Shown piece after piece: positions 10,622 through 20,017 of a stretch of 56,646 bases of DNA. The stretch is taken from contig CAZOOM010000003.1 in assembly GCA_964581425.1 (NCBI GenBank), forward strand, positions 1 through 56,646. Reading direction: 5' to 3'. The position numbers were made by a program, and so were the translations under genes. The DNA comes from an uncultured bacterium. GTDB lineage: Bacteria; Omnitrophota; Omnitrophia; Omnitrophales; Aquincolibacteriaceae. How positions within the stretch are numbered: the first letter of the stretch is position 1; each line of letters begins with the position of its first letter. The notes below the pieces were generated by a model. The model ran no database searches, was not told the origin of the DNA, and worked only from the letters and a program-made list of their open reading frames with translations.

Positions 10622-10713
10622 GATTTAAGCTCCAAGTACCAAATCCCAATTTCCAAGCATACTGATCAATGGGTTGGTTTTTATTTGGATTTTGGGATTT
10701 GTTATTTGGGATT
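10622..10713. repeat. Hairpin-forming spacer between leuC and leuD
   Basis: CCAAATCCCAA sits at 10639-10649. Its complement TTGGGATTTG is at 10692-10701. A TTTGGGATTT direct copy lies at 10705-10714. Confidence 0.5.
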
Positions 10714-12114
10714 TCATTGCCAAGTCCTGATATCGACAAAGTGTCCCGTGATCGCAGCTGCGGCTGCCATTTCAGGGCTAACCAGGTGAGTGCGGCCGCC
10801 TTTACCTTGCCGCCCTTCAAAATTGCGGTTTGAAGTGGAGGCAGATCGTTCGCCCGGCTTTAATTGATCAGGGTTCATGCCCAAACACATGCTGCATCCG
10901 GCTTCACGCCACTCGCAGCCGCTTGCTTTAAAAATTTTATCAAGCCCCTCGGCTTCAGCTTGTTTCTTAACGCGCTGGGATCCAGGAACCACGAGTACGC
11001 GAACGCCGGAGGCTACTTTGTGATTTTTAAAAATCGAGGCGCTGGCTCGAAGGTCTTCAATGCGCCCATTGGTGCAGCTTCCGATAAAAACCACATCCAC
11101 TTTAATTTGATCGAATGGAGTTCCAGGTTTGAGTCCCATGTAAGTGAGTGCTTGTTCAACATCTTTTGCGCTGTATCCAGGAACTTGATCTGGGGCAGGG
11201 ATTTTGCCAGTCACATCCATGACCATTCCAGGGTTCGTACCCCAGGTAACTTGCGGAGCAATCGAAGAGGCATCAATAGTTACCACCTGATCGTAAACCG
11301 CATCAGGATCAGATGGGAGCGATTTCCAAAGTGCCACGGCTTCGTCCCAAGCCTTTCCTTTTGGGGCAAAAGGACGATTTCCAGAAGCAATGTAATCAAT
11401 CGTGGTCTGATCCGGAGCAATTAATCCTGCACGAGCGCCAGCTTCAATCGACATATTGCAAATCGTCATGCGCGCTTCCATGGAAAGGGAGCGAATGGCT
11501 TCACCGCAATATTCCAGGACAAATCCTGTTCCGCCCGCTGTCCCAATTTTCCCAATAAGCTTGAGGATTAAATCTTTGGCGGTCACGCCTCGCCCGGGTT
11601 TTCCAATGAATTCTACTTTCATGGTCTTTGGTTTTTTTTGGGATAAACACTGTGTGGCAAGGACGTGTTCGACCTCAGAAGTTCCAATACCAAAAGCGAG
11701 GGCTCCGAATGCCCCGTGGGTTGAAGTGTGAGAATCTCCGCAAACCATGGTGGTTCCAGGAAGGGTAATGCCTAATTCCGGGCCAATAATATGAACAATG
11801 CCTTGATTTTCAGTGTGCAGATCGTAGAGCGTAACACCAAAATCCCTGCAGTTTTTTCGCAGGGTATCAATTTGTTCTTTTGAAATGGGATCCTTGATAT
11901 TGTACTGATCATCTGTGGGGACATTATGGTCAGGAGTTGCAAAAGTCAGTTTGGGTTGACGCACAGTACGTCCGGAGAGGCGCAATCCTTCAAAAGCCTG
12001 TGGACTTGTGACTTCATGAACTAAGTGGCGGTCAATATAAAGAAGCGACATGCCATCCGGCAAAACTTTTACCAAATGACGATCCCAAATTTTTTCAAAA
12101 AGTGTTTTTTTCAT
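10714..12114 (-). CDS. leuC: 3-isopropylmalate dehydratase large subunit
   Basis: The aconitase-family Fe-S cysteines are present (CGDSHT, GSCTNGR, CSMCLG). The protein is 466 aa. Confidence 0.92.
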   Translation of the reverse strand: MKKTLFEKIWDRHLVKVLPDGMSLLYIDRHLVHEVTSPQAFEGLRLSGRTVRQPKLTFATPDHNVPTDDQYNIKDPISKEQIDTLRKNCRDFGVTLYDLHTENQGIVHIIGPELGITLPGTTMVCGDSHTSTHGAFGALAFGIGTSEVEHVLATQCLSQKKPKTMKVEFIGKPGRGVTAKDLILKLIGKIGTAGGTGFVLEYCGEAIRSLSMEARMTICNMSIEAGARAGLIAPDQTTIDYIASGNRPFAPKGKAWDEAVALWKSLPSDPDAVYDQVVTIDASSIAPQVTWGTNPGMVMDVTGKIPAPDQVPGYSAKDVEQALTYMGLKPGTPFDQIKVDVVFIGSCTNGRIEDLRASASIFKNHKVASGVRVLVVPGSQRVKKQAEAEGLDKIFKASGCEWREAGCSMCLGMNPDQLKPGERSASTSNRNFEGRQGKGGRTHLVSPEMAAAAAITGHFVDIRTWQ

Positions 12115-12241
12115 GATAATTCCTGGACTGGTCCGTACGTTACTCCTAATCCTCGGGTCTTGAGGGGCACTTCGCGGAGAAATACCGGAGAAATGAGGCC
12201 GGTCACGCCCTTCATTATATTCAGCGATTTTTGAGGTTCAA
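12115..12241 (-). promoter_or_regulatory. Putative leuCD promoter and ~95-nt GC-rich leader
   Basis: Read on the minus strand there is TTGAAC (12236-12241), a 16-nt spacer and TATAAT (12214-12219). The leader contains a tandem 9-mer, CGGAGAAAT on the + strand, at 12175-12183 and 12186-12194. Confidence 0.3.
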
Positions 12242-12263
12242 GATATATAATACGAACCCTAAA

Positions 12264-12782
12264 ATGCTTATGAGCCGATCCAAACTCCTGAAAGTATCCT
12301 TAATTACCTTCCTCATTCTTCATGGGGGAGTGAACTCGCTCTTGGCAGAGGATCACAGTTTGGAGGTTTCAACGCTGGATCAAAATTTGCATCTTCAAGA
12401 GCTCAACCTTCAAATCAAGCGCGCAGAAAATCATTTATCAAATGAAAAAAATCAAGAAGAGCTTTGTTTAAAGGAGCTTCAGAAGCTTAAAGCTGAAAGG
12501 GCAAAACTAGAAAACGAAGCCAAACGCTATGAAGCTATGAATGCATCCATGCGCGGACTTTATCATAAAGAGACGAAAGCCTTGGGTGCTGAAGGTTTTT
12601 TTTATGATCAAATACAGATTTCAATTAAGGACGCGAATAATAAAGTGCGAACAAAAGAAGCGGAATGCGCTAAGATTCATGATCAAACCGAGGAATCTTC
12701 CCGTATTTTGAAGACCGCGAATCAAAGATTACAGGATTATGAGCAAGCCATTAAAGAGGGCTGGAAAAATAACCCCTTTTAG
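12264..12782 (+). CDS. Secreted coiled-coil protein, unknown function
   Basis: ATG 12264 gives a signal peptide (LLKVSLITFLILHGGVNSLLA). The rest is heptad-like and rich in E, K and Q. Confidence 0.6.
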   Translation: MLMSRSKLLKVSLITFLILHGGVNSLLAEDHSLEVSTLDQNLHLQELNLQIKRAENHLSNEKNQEELCLKELQKLKAERAKLENEAKRYEAMNASMRGLYHKETKALGAEGFFYDQIQISIKDANNKVRTKEAECAKIHDQTEESSRILKTANQRLQDYEQAIKEGWKNNPF

Positions 12783-12859
12783 CAAACGCAGGAGTTTACT
12801 TGTTTTTTACTAGGCGGAAATGGACAAAGCCAATGCTTGAATTTATACTGCCAAGATCT

Positions 12860-13990
12860 ATGAAAAGAAGACTTCCGTTTTTTGTGCTTATCCTCCTACT
12901 TAGTTTTGCCCCTACTTTAGCTACGGCTAAAGAAGACGCAAAATCATCTCATATCCAAACGCCGAAAATTATGGAAGCTTCAGGGGACTTTGTTTTCCAG
13001 GCTTCTGAAATTTCCTTGGATGCGCGAATGGAAACTGCGCCTCTTGAAATGTCCGGCTCAGACCAGGACTCAGTGCAGGCGCATTTATTCGGAGAGTCAC
13101 TGGTCTCTTTTGGGAAAAAGGCCAAAGATTTAGGCGAGACACTGATGGATCCGGCAGGGGCTTTTTCTGTGGATATTGTTTTTGCCAGGAAATCTTACGG
13201 GGTTTATCAGCTGGCTCTTATCTATGCCATGGAAGCTGCAGGTGGAAAACGCTACGAAGAAAAACATAATTTTGAAGTGAGTCCTGAAGAAGTCCCACAG
13301 TTTTTGGGAACAGTCTCGGTGAAATCTCTGCGGACAATTTTTATTCAAGGGACGATCCAGCACTTTTCTCAATCTGCCGCGCAAAGACCTGATTTCCAAA
13401 AAATTTGGAAACCTTACCTGGAAAGACTTTACCAGGAAATTTTAATTCAAGTTCAGCCTCAGTTGCTTGATTTTGCAGCTCATTTTGAAGATAAAAAAGC
13501 AGAGTTTCTTAAGAAGGCAAGGCTAAAAGAGGCCATTCAGTCTGAAGATGAAAAGCAGCCTGTTTTTGAGGAGATTAAAAAAGAAGAGCCAGTGCTTTTG
13601 AAAACAGAAGAAGACTTGAAACCGTTTGAAAATATTGAGGGAATAACAGAAGACCTAGAGACTGAGACAAAACCCGCAATAGATCAGGAGGCCGCGGATC
13701 TTGAACCAGCGGTTGTGGAGCCTTCAAACCAAAAACTAGCCAAAGAAAATTTTTCGGTTCAGGATCCTGGCGTATCCACTTATTTTGAACCTCTGGCTCT
13801 TTATCAGGAACTTTTGCAAAAAAGAAAAACACTGCAGCACGGCAGTTCTGAATTCCAATCTATTTCTTCCAAAATGGGAGAGATTCAGTCTCAGCTTCAA
13901 ACCATGGGGTATTACAAACTTTCCGCTTCAAAACGCGCGAAGATTGAACAGGAGATTGAAAACAGCAGAGCTCCTGTGAAGGTAAACTGA
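12860..13990 (+). CDS. Secreted protein with E/K-rich C-terminal half, unknown function
   Basis: ATG 12860 gives MKRRLPFFVLILLLSFAPTLATA. I recognised no domain. Confidence 0.6.
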   Translation: MKRRLPFFVLILLLSFAPTLATAKEDAKSSHIQTPKIMEASGDFVFQASEISLDARMETAPLEMSGSDQDSVQAHLFGESLVSFGKKAKDLGETLMDPAGAFSVDIVFARKSYGVYQLALIYAMEAAGGKRYEEKHNFEVSPEEVPQFLGTVSVKSLRTIFIQGTIQHFSQSAAQRPDFQKIWKPYLERLYQEILIQVQPQLLDFAAHFEDKKAEFLKKARLKEAIQSEDEKQPVFEEIKKEEPVLLKTEEDLKPFENIEGITEDLETETKPAIDQEAADLEPAVVEPSNQKLAKENFSVQDPGVSTYFEPLALYQELLQKRKTLQHGSSEFQSISSKMGEIQSQLQTMGYYKLSASKRAKIEQEIENSRAPVKVN

Positions 13991-13996
13991 CGATTT

Positions 13997-15142
13997 ATGG
14001 CAGCGCGTTTTAATCTTCAGAAACTCAAAAATAGGGCCTTTCTTGTTTTAGTCCAGACACGCGACCGCAAATCCGGCTTTCTTGATGAGAGTTTTGAGGA
14101 AATGAAAGAGCTCGCTCGAGCGGCTCTGGTTTCAGTGGTCGGGGGAGTGGAAGCCAAAATACAGCATCCCAGTCCCAGCCATTTTATTCGAAGTGGAAAA
14201 TTGCTCGAAGTCGTCACTGAGGCGAAAAAATGCGGCGCTAATTGCCTGCTTTTCAATGTCGAACTCACCCCTGTTCAAGCTAGAAATATTGAAAAAGAAA
14301 TCAAACTTCCTGTGGTGGACCGGACGGGACTGATTTTAGATATTTTCGGAAGACGCGCGCAGTCGCGGGAAGGGCAGCTTCAGGTAGAACTTGCGCGGCT
14401 CAATTATATTTTACCTCGTCTTGGAGGATTGGGCGGTGTCATGTCGCGTCTTGGCGGAGGTATCGGAACCCGCGGTCCTGGAGAACAGGAATTGGAACGA
14501 GATCGACGAAAAATCAGGGGGCGCATTGAGCGTGTCAAGGAGGAACTCAAAAAAGTCCATCAGCATCGGGAACTTTTAAGGCAGGGGCGCAAGCGCAGAA
14601 ATTTCCTGTCCGTGGCCTTGGTGGGCTATACCAACGCAGGGAAATCAACGCTGCTGAATGCGCTGACAGGTGCGGATACTTATGTTGAAGAAAAAATGTT
14701 TGCGACTTTGGATCCTAAGGTCAGGATTCAAAACATCAAAGGAAAAGGGAATATCCTATTTGTAGACACGGTAGGATTTCTCCGCGAACTGCCGCACGGA
14801 CTTGTGGAGTCGTTTCATGCAACTTTGGAAGAAGTCGCTGAAGCTGATCTCCTCATTCATGTTTTAGATGTGACGCATCCTCAATGTCATGAATTCTATG
14901 CCACGGTTCTCAAAGTGCTGGAAGAAATCAAAGCCAATCATAAACCCATGATTCTTGCGCTCAATAAAAGTGATCTTTTAGATGACGCAGGCAAGCGCAC
15001 GGCCGTCATCGATTGGCCCGGAGGAATTTTGATTTCTGCTAAAATGGGTTTGGGTACAGATCAATTGATGGAGAGCATCCAAATCCATTCTCCTAGAAAA
15101 ACAGTGATTGAAAATTCTTTTTCTGAAACCGACCCTTCATAG
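13997..15142 (+). CDS. hflX: GTPase HflX
   Basis: An HflX N-domain is followed by the G1 motif GYTNAGKSTLLNALTG, then DTVGF and NKSD. Confidence 0.9.
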   Translation: MAARFNLQKLKNRAFLVLVQTRDRKSGFLDESFEEMKELARAALVSVVGGVEAKIQHPSPSHFIRSGKLLEVVTEAKKCGANCLLFNVELTPVQARNIEKEIKLPVVDRTGLILDIFGRRAQSREGQLQVELARLNYILPRLGGLGGVMSRLGGGIGTRGPGEQELERDRRKIRGRIERVKEELKKVHQHRELLRQGRKRRNFLSVALVGYTNAGKSTLLNALTGADTYVEEKMFATLDPKVRIQNIKGKGNILFVDTVGFLRELPHGLVESFHATLEEVAEADLLIHVLDVTHPQCHEFYATVLKVLEEIKANHKPMILALNKSDLLDDAGKRTAVIDWPGGILISAKMGLGTDQLMESIQIHSPRKTVIENSFSETDPS

Positions 15143-15145
15143 CTC

Positions 15146-15829
15146 ATGATGACCCGATCTGTGATCACGCCTCAAATTTTATTTGAAGATACGCATTTGA
15201 TGGTGCTTTCAAAACCCGCGGGACTTCTTTCGCAATCAGACATTTCAGGTGAAAAAAGTTTGGTGGATTGGCTCAGGGAATACTTGGGAAGAAATTACGT
15301 AGGTTTGATCCATCGTCTCGACCGGAATACTTCAGGCGCGATGGTTATTGCCAAGAGAACAAAGGCGGCACGAAGACTTACCGAATCGCTGCAAGAGGGA
15401 AAACTCGAACGAACCTATCTGGCTTTTATAAATGGAAATTTAAAAGTAGATGAGTCTTGGAGAGACTGGCTTTGTAAAGATAAAAGAAAAAATGAGGTGA
15501 GCGTCGTTGCTCACAAAGAGAACGGAACTCAAGAAGCGTATCTTCACGTGAAGCCTGTTATTTGTGGAAAGCTTTCAGGACAAACGGTAACCCTCGCCTC
15601 CTTTTTCTTGGAAACTGGGAGATCGCATCAAATCCGCATCCAGGCTGCGCACCGGGATCATGCGTTGATTGGAGATGAAAAATACGGAGGGGTTTCCCAT
15701 CCTGTGATCCAAAGGCCGGCGCTTCATTCTTGGAAAATTGTTTTCCCCCATCCTATGTCTCAGGATAAACTGGCGTTTGAAGCTCCTTTTCCTGATGATT
15801 TTGAAAATCTAAAAAAAATGCTTAAGTGA
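15146..15829 (+). CDS. RluA-family pseudouridine synthase (no S4 domain)
   Basis: It has the HRLDRNTSG catalytic Asp motif and GRSHQIR. Confidence 0.85.
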   Translation: MMTRSVITPQILFEDTHLMVLSKPAGLLSQSDISGEKSLVDWLREYLGRNYVGLIHRLDRNTSGAMVIAKRTKAARRLTESLQEGKLERTYLAFINGNLKVDESWRDWLCKDKRKNEVSVVAHKENGTQEAYLHVKPVICGKLSGQTVTLASFFLETGRSHQIRIQAAHRDHALIGDEKYGGVSHPVIQRPALHSWKIVFPHPMSQDKLAFEAPFPDDFENLKKMLK

Positions 15830-16068
15830 GAATGACATTGAATTCAGATTTCGTGAGGGCCATTTTCGATGGGATGTTGCAAAATCTTTGGGTTTCAGTT
15901 TTGGTCGGAGGGATCCTGCTCATTTTATTGGGGAAATTTTTAAAGGCCTATTTTAAAGTTCTTGTGGTTTTGATCTTCACGGTGGGACTTGTATTTTTTG
16001 CAGTATATTGGGGTCACTGGAAGTCCGGGAATGATCTTGAAAAAACTTCATGGAGGCAGAGGTTATGA
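15826..16068 (+). CDS. Small 2-TM membrane protein
   Basis: It has two hydrophobic helices. Its start overlaps the upstream stop and its stop overlaps the downstream start. Confidence 0.5.
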   Translation: MRMTLNSDFVRAIFDGMLQNLWVSVLVGGILLILLGKFLKAYFKVLVVLIFTVGLVFFAVYWGHWKSGNDLEKTSWRQRL

Positions 16069-16541
16069 TAAAAAATAAGATCCAGTATTGGCTGCTTAAA
16101 AGTGAGCCGGAAACCTATTCCATAGAAGATCTTAAAAAAGACAAAACAACTTTTTGGGACGGTGTCAGAAATTATCAGGCTCGGAATTTTTTACGTGACT
16201 CTTTGCGTGTGGGGGATTTAGCTTTTTTTTATCACAGCAATGCGGAGCCGCCAGGTATTGCGGGAATTGTGCAAGTGGTCAAAAAGGGAGAACCAGATGA
16301 TACTCAATTTGACTCTCAAGATGTCCATTATGATCCCAAGGCAAAACCGGAACACCCGATTTGGTATGGAGTTGAAGTGAAGTTTGTGGAAAAATTCCCT
16401 GCGCTTCTTTCCCTGGAAACGCTTCGCAAGATCAAGAGCCTTTCCTCGATGATGCTTCTGAAAAAAGGTCAGCGTCTCTCAGTCCAGCCGGTGACGGAAA
16501 CAGAATGGAAAACCATTCTTGGGATGAAAGATTCTCACTAA
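16065..16541 (+). CDS. EVE (PUA-like) domain protein
   Basis: YWLLKSEPETYSIEDL, WDGVRNYQARNF and FYHSN are hallmarks of the EVE/DUF55 family. ATG 16065 overlaps the upstream stop as ATGATAA. Confidence 0.8.
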   Translation: MIKNKIQYWLLKSEPETYSIEDLKKDKTTFWDGVRNYQARNFLRDSLRVGDLAFFYHSNAEPPGIAGIVQVVKKGEPDDTQFDSQDVHYDPKAKPEHPIWYGVEVKFVEKFPALLSLETLRKIKSLSSMMLLKKGQRLSVQPVTETEWKTILGMKDSH

Positions 16542-16559
16542 TCTGTGTGGATAAGAAAA

Positions 16560-19154
16560 TTAATGATCGCTGATACTGCAGGCTTCTTCGCACTTCACGC
16601 TGGTTCGGCGATCAATGACGACTAAGTTATCGGATCGGTTTGCAGAGATATCAGAAAACGAGATGGAGCTGATTTCAAAGTCACCCAGCGGGTCTGAGAA
16701 CGCAAGATAATTGAGGGGAACTTTAACATCTTCCGGCAGCTCCGATTCAAAGGTGTACCACTTGCGATTCGAAGCCATCTTCACAGGGAATTTCTTTCCC
16801 ATAATTTGCTGCTCTTCATTTTTAATCTCAGCATAAAAACAGTTGCACTTGCGCGAAAGATTCCTGGCTTTGATGTGGAAAAAGCGGAATTTATCGAGTG
16901 CAATGTAGGGAAGATAACCGCCCTTCCATCCTCGTTTGCCGGGAAAATGGTAATTCTGAAGCCAATCATCTTTTCCTACGTCTAAGGTTCCGTGGCTTGT
17001 ACGCCAATACTGAATGACCTCCACATCTCCTAACACCGGTGCTTTGATTTTTGCGAGTTCAAAATGGGTGGCTTTGGGCTGAAGCGGATTTTCTCGCGTA
17101 AGTCGGATATTCCGGATTCGGATATCACCACTTCTGCCGTGAATGAGATGCTCTCCGAAAAGATAACTCGGGTCATGCATGGTGACGGAAAAATAGTCCA
17201 CGGGCTTGTAATCGGATTCCGGGATCAAGGTTATTTTTTCAACATACGTTTTCCATTTTCCATCTTCGGAAAGGATGCCTGGATGTTGAGTATCAATCGT
17301 GCAATGGGTCAGGACGATGTCGTCACTTTTAATTTCTAAATCAAAAAGAACCGGAGGCGTTTCAACGGGCAGACTGAGAGAAATATATTTCATCCCGGAA
17401 ATTCCCATGGTTTGATCAAGGTAAGTTCCGCGGAATGCCCACTGATCAAAGTAAGAAAGGTCTGAGGAAATTTGATAATGAAAAGAAAAATCCTTGCCAG
17501 GAGCAAGATCATCTTCGAGGGTTGGAAGCCCAATCGTCGTGACATTCTTCCCGTGCAAGTGTCCGGGCTGAACATGTTGACTGATATTATATTCCTCTCC
17601 CGCTTGCGGAATCGATTTTACTTCAACATGGATTTGATTCAGTGAAGGCATGGGATAGGGTTTGCTAGGCATTTGAACAGCGAGTCCGTTACGCGCTTTT
17701 AGCATTTGCTGATATTTCGATTCCAAAAGCTGCATCAGTTTGTCGTACATTGTGATATTGGTACCGGGCACTTTACGACGCTTCAGATATTTTTCTGTTT
17801 GATTGACCACGCCTCCGCTTGCAGCCACAAGGGTAAGTCCTTTTCCATCTGCGGTCATGACATCGGCGTATCCGTCGTGTGCAACAGATTCCACAGCGCC
17901 GTAGGGCGTCATGATGCCACGAAAATTCATAATATTTTGAAGCCACTTAATACCGGTTGAGGGAGAAATCAACATGCTGAGTGCAGTGGCAAAAATAACA
18001 GCCACATCGCTGCGGTCCACGGGCTGTGACGCAATGGCCGGAATTCCCATTTGGCGGTAATTTCCGTTCGTATCATAAGAAGTACTGACAAAACCCGGAA
18101 GGCCATGAGAGCGAGCATAGTCAGCCTGAATGTAAAGATAATTTTGATAAAGCGGAGCCAGACTGGACTTCATCAAAGGAAGAAAAATTAAACCCCAGTG
18201 TTCATGAAAAGAAGCACGATAGCCGCGAAGCGTTGTAATGACTTGACCATCTGAGGTTACGTAATCAATGCCATGAATTTCAAGATTGTTCCACGCATCT
18301 TCTGGGATTTGTCCATGAACAATTCCCCAAAGCACGGCAAGAATGCCTTCAAACATATCATTGAGATAATAGGTTTTATCGCCTGACCATGTTTTGTTGA
18401 CCGGGTTATATTGAATGGTCCCGTGCATTAATTTTTTCTTTGGATCATAAAATTTTCCATAGTTTTGAGACTTTAAAAAATTATCTGCCATTTTAGCCAT
18501 TTGCTTTTGGCGCGGATCCGCAGAGTCTTCAAGCGCTGCAACTACAGAGGCAAGAGCCCAGCTCATTTGTCCGTTATCCAGAGAAGGCATCTTGTACCAA
18601 GCCGGGACAATGGATCCATTGGAACGGATGTCCGACCAGGCTAAAAAGCCATCAAAATCAGGATATTCCACGCGGTAGCGTCGCAAAGTTTTAAGGCAGT
18701 TTTCTAAAAGGTTAGTCGCTTGTTCCGGGGTAAGTTTGGCTTTTTCAAAAACAGGCTGACGGGTCATGACGCCGAGCAAATAAGGAATCAAAAGAGAAAT
18801 TTTTGATGCGGCAGCATAATTCCCGCGCTCTCCAATTTGGCCTTTGGTCAGGCGAATGCGGATGTGGTCATAAGGCATTCCAGTTTTTTCATCCATGCCA
18901 ATACCTGGCTGAAAATAAATGGATTCACTTGGGATGAGGGTATCGACGATAAAGGGTGCGCTATCAAGAAAAATATCAGGAAGTGAAGTCATCTCCAGAA
19001 GAGAGCGGCTAATTCTGGTTCTGTTATTTGAGACAGTTGGAGATTCTTCAGTTGACTTAGGAGAGATTTGAAAGCTTTCTGCTCCGTAAACCTGAACAGG
19101 CGTTCCACTCCCAAGAAAAAAGAATATCATCCCAACCGCGATTGACCTTTGCAT
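16560..19154 (-). CDS. Secreted (alpha/alpha)6-toroid glycoside-hydrolase-like protein (GH144/DUF3131-like guess) with a ~370-aa C-terminal beta-rich extension
   Basis: Starting at M33 (19154) gives a signal peptide. Motifs such as SLDNGQMSWALASVVAAL and HEHWGLIF resemble glucoamylase-like toroids. The family assignment is tentative. The longest ORF runs to 19250. Confidence 0.5.
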   Translation of the reverse strand: MQRSIAVGMIFFFLGSGTPVQVYGAESFQISPKSTEESPTVSNNRTRISRSLLEMTSLPDIFLDSAPFIVDTLIPSESIYFQPGIGMDEKTGMPYDHIRIRLTKGQIGERGNYAAASKISLLIPYLLGVMTRQPVFEKAKLTPEQATNLLENCLKTLRRYRVEYPDFDGFLAWSDIRSNGSIVPAWYKMPSLDNGQMSWALASVVAALEDSADPRQKQMAKMADNFLKSQNYGKFYDPKKKLMHGTIQYNPVNKTWSGDKTYYLNDMFEGILAVLWGIVHGQIPEDAWNNLEIHGIDYVTSDGQVITTLRGYRASFHEHWGLIFLPLMKSSLAPLYQNYLYIQADYARSHGLPGFVSTSYDTNGNYRQMGIPAIASQPVDRSDVAVIFATALSMLISPSTGIKWLQNIMNFRGIMTPYGAVESVAHDGYADVMTADGKGLTLVAASGGVVNQTEKYLKRRKVPGTNITMYDKLMQLLESKYQQMLKARNGLAVQMPSKPYPMPSLNQIHVEVKSIPQAGEEYNISQHVQPGHLHGKNVTTIGLPTLEDDLAPGKDFSFHYQISSDLSYFDQWAFRGTYLDQTMGISGMKYISLSLPVETPPVLFDLEIKSDDIVLTHCTIDTQHPGILSEDGKWKTYVEKITLIPESDYKPVDYFSVTMHDPSYLFGEHLIHGRSGDIRIRNIRLTRENPLQPKATHFELAKIKAPVLGDVEVIQYWRTSHGTLDVGKDDWLQNYHFPGKRGWKGGYLPYIALDKFRFFHIKARNLSRKCNCFYAEIKNEEQQIMGKKFPVKMASNRKWYTFESELPEDVKVPLNYLAFSDPLGDFEISSISFSDISANRSDNLVVIDRRTSVKCEEACSISDH

Positions 19155-19554
19155 GAATTTTGGGGGAGATACAAAGGGAGCTTTCGAGGGATCCTTTATT
19201 TTGAGTTGTGGAACTATTTTTGATGTCATATTTAGTAAAAAAGAATGCAAAAATCAACAGCTTTGAAGCGACCCTGAGCTCGAAACAACACAGCGAGTTT
19301 CACGATGAGGCCTATCTTTGGGGGCGACTTTAAATTCTACTCGTCAAACAGACTAAATCCTAGAGTAAATTCTAAGAAATCTTCTTTTTTTAATTTTTGC
19401 AATAACGGGCATCCTAGACCGTCTCTCATCTATCTATAATAATTACTAGTGATCCTAAGCGATACTTACTTGAATTTTGGAATGCCTATTCAGGCTTTTA
19501 AGAAGATGCCGAAATTTACAGGTAGAATCAGACACCAAACAGGGAGCTTTATTC

Positions 19555-19950
19555 ATGACAGGTCCAGAAAGACGGCGTAATCAGAGAGTCAATGTCCGCC
19601 TCGAAACCATCCTTGAGTTATCAAGATCAGTTAAAACCCACGGCGTTTGTGAAAATCTGAGTGCCAAAGGACTTTTCTTTGCTTGTGATCCCAAACCCCA
19701 AGTCGGAGCCTTGTGTACTCTTGTTTTGAGACTCGGAGACGACCGTTATCATCCCTCGATCCGCATTCAAGGCAAGGTGGTGCGCGCAGATGATCGTGGA
19801 GTGGGAATCGAATTTCTTGCGATTGATTTTCATGATTTTGAGCATCTCAAAAATATCGTGCTTTATTCTGCAACAGACCCAGACAAAGTTGAGGCTGAGT
19901 TCCGTCAGTATCTTGAACTCTACCGGCTCGATCAGAACTCTTCCAACTGA
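19555..19950 (+). CDS. Stand-alone PilZ domain protein (c-di-GMP receptor type)
   Basis: It carries the RRRNQR (RxxxR) motif and NLSAKG (D/NxSxxG) motif. I used ATG 19555 rather than the upstream alternative start at 19477. Confidence 0.75.
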   Translation: MTGPERRRNQRVNVRLETILELSRSVKTHGVCENLSAKGLFFACDPKPQVGALCTLVLRLGDDRYHPSIRIQGKVVRADDRGVGIEFLAIDFHDFEHLKNIVLYSATDPDKVEAEFRQYLELYRLDQNSSN

Positions 19951-19968
19951 TTTTTCTTGCGTCATTGG

Positions 19969-19993
19969 ATTTTAGCAAGGCTTTTGCTAAAAT
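19969..19993 (+). terminator. 10-bp hairpin after the PilZ gene
   Basis: The stem is ATTTTAGCAA-ggctt-TTGCTAAAAT. A second 7-bp hairpin, ATCAACC-aaa-GGTTGAT (19998-20014), abuts the dapF ATG. There is no clear U-tract. Confidence 0.35.
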
Positions 19994-20017
19994 AGGGATC
20001 AACCAAAGGTTGATTGC

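Noticed and set aside
10864-11424. A 186-aa + strand ORF inside leuC. Many similar antisense or alternate-frame ORFs occur in the track, for example 995..1210, 1241..1555, 3203..3700, 5118..5420, 23462..23884 and 37577..37945.
   Set aside because: Each lies wholly within a gene that has strong family motifs on the other frame or strand. They have no RBS or recognisable domain and their composition is odd. I treat them as shadow ORFs.
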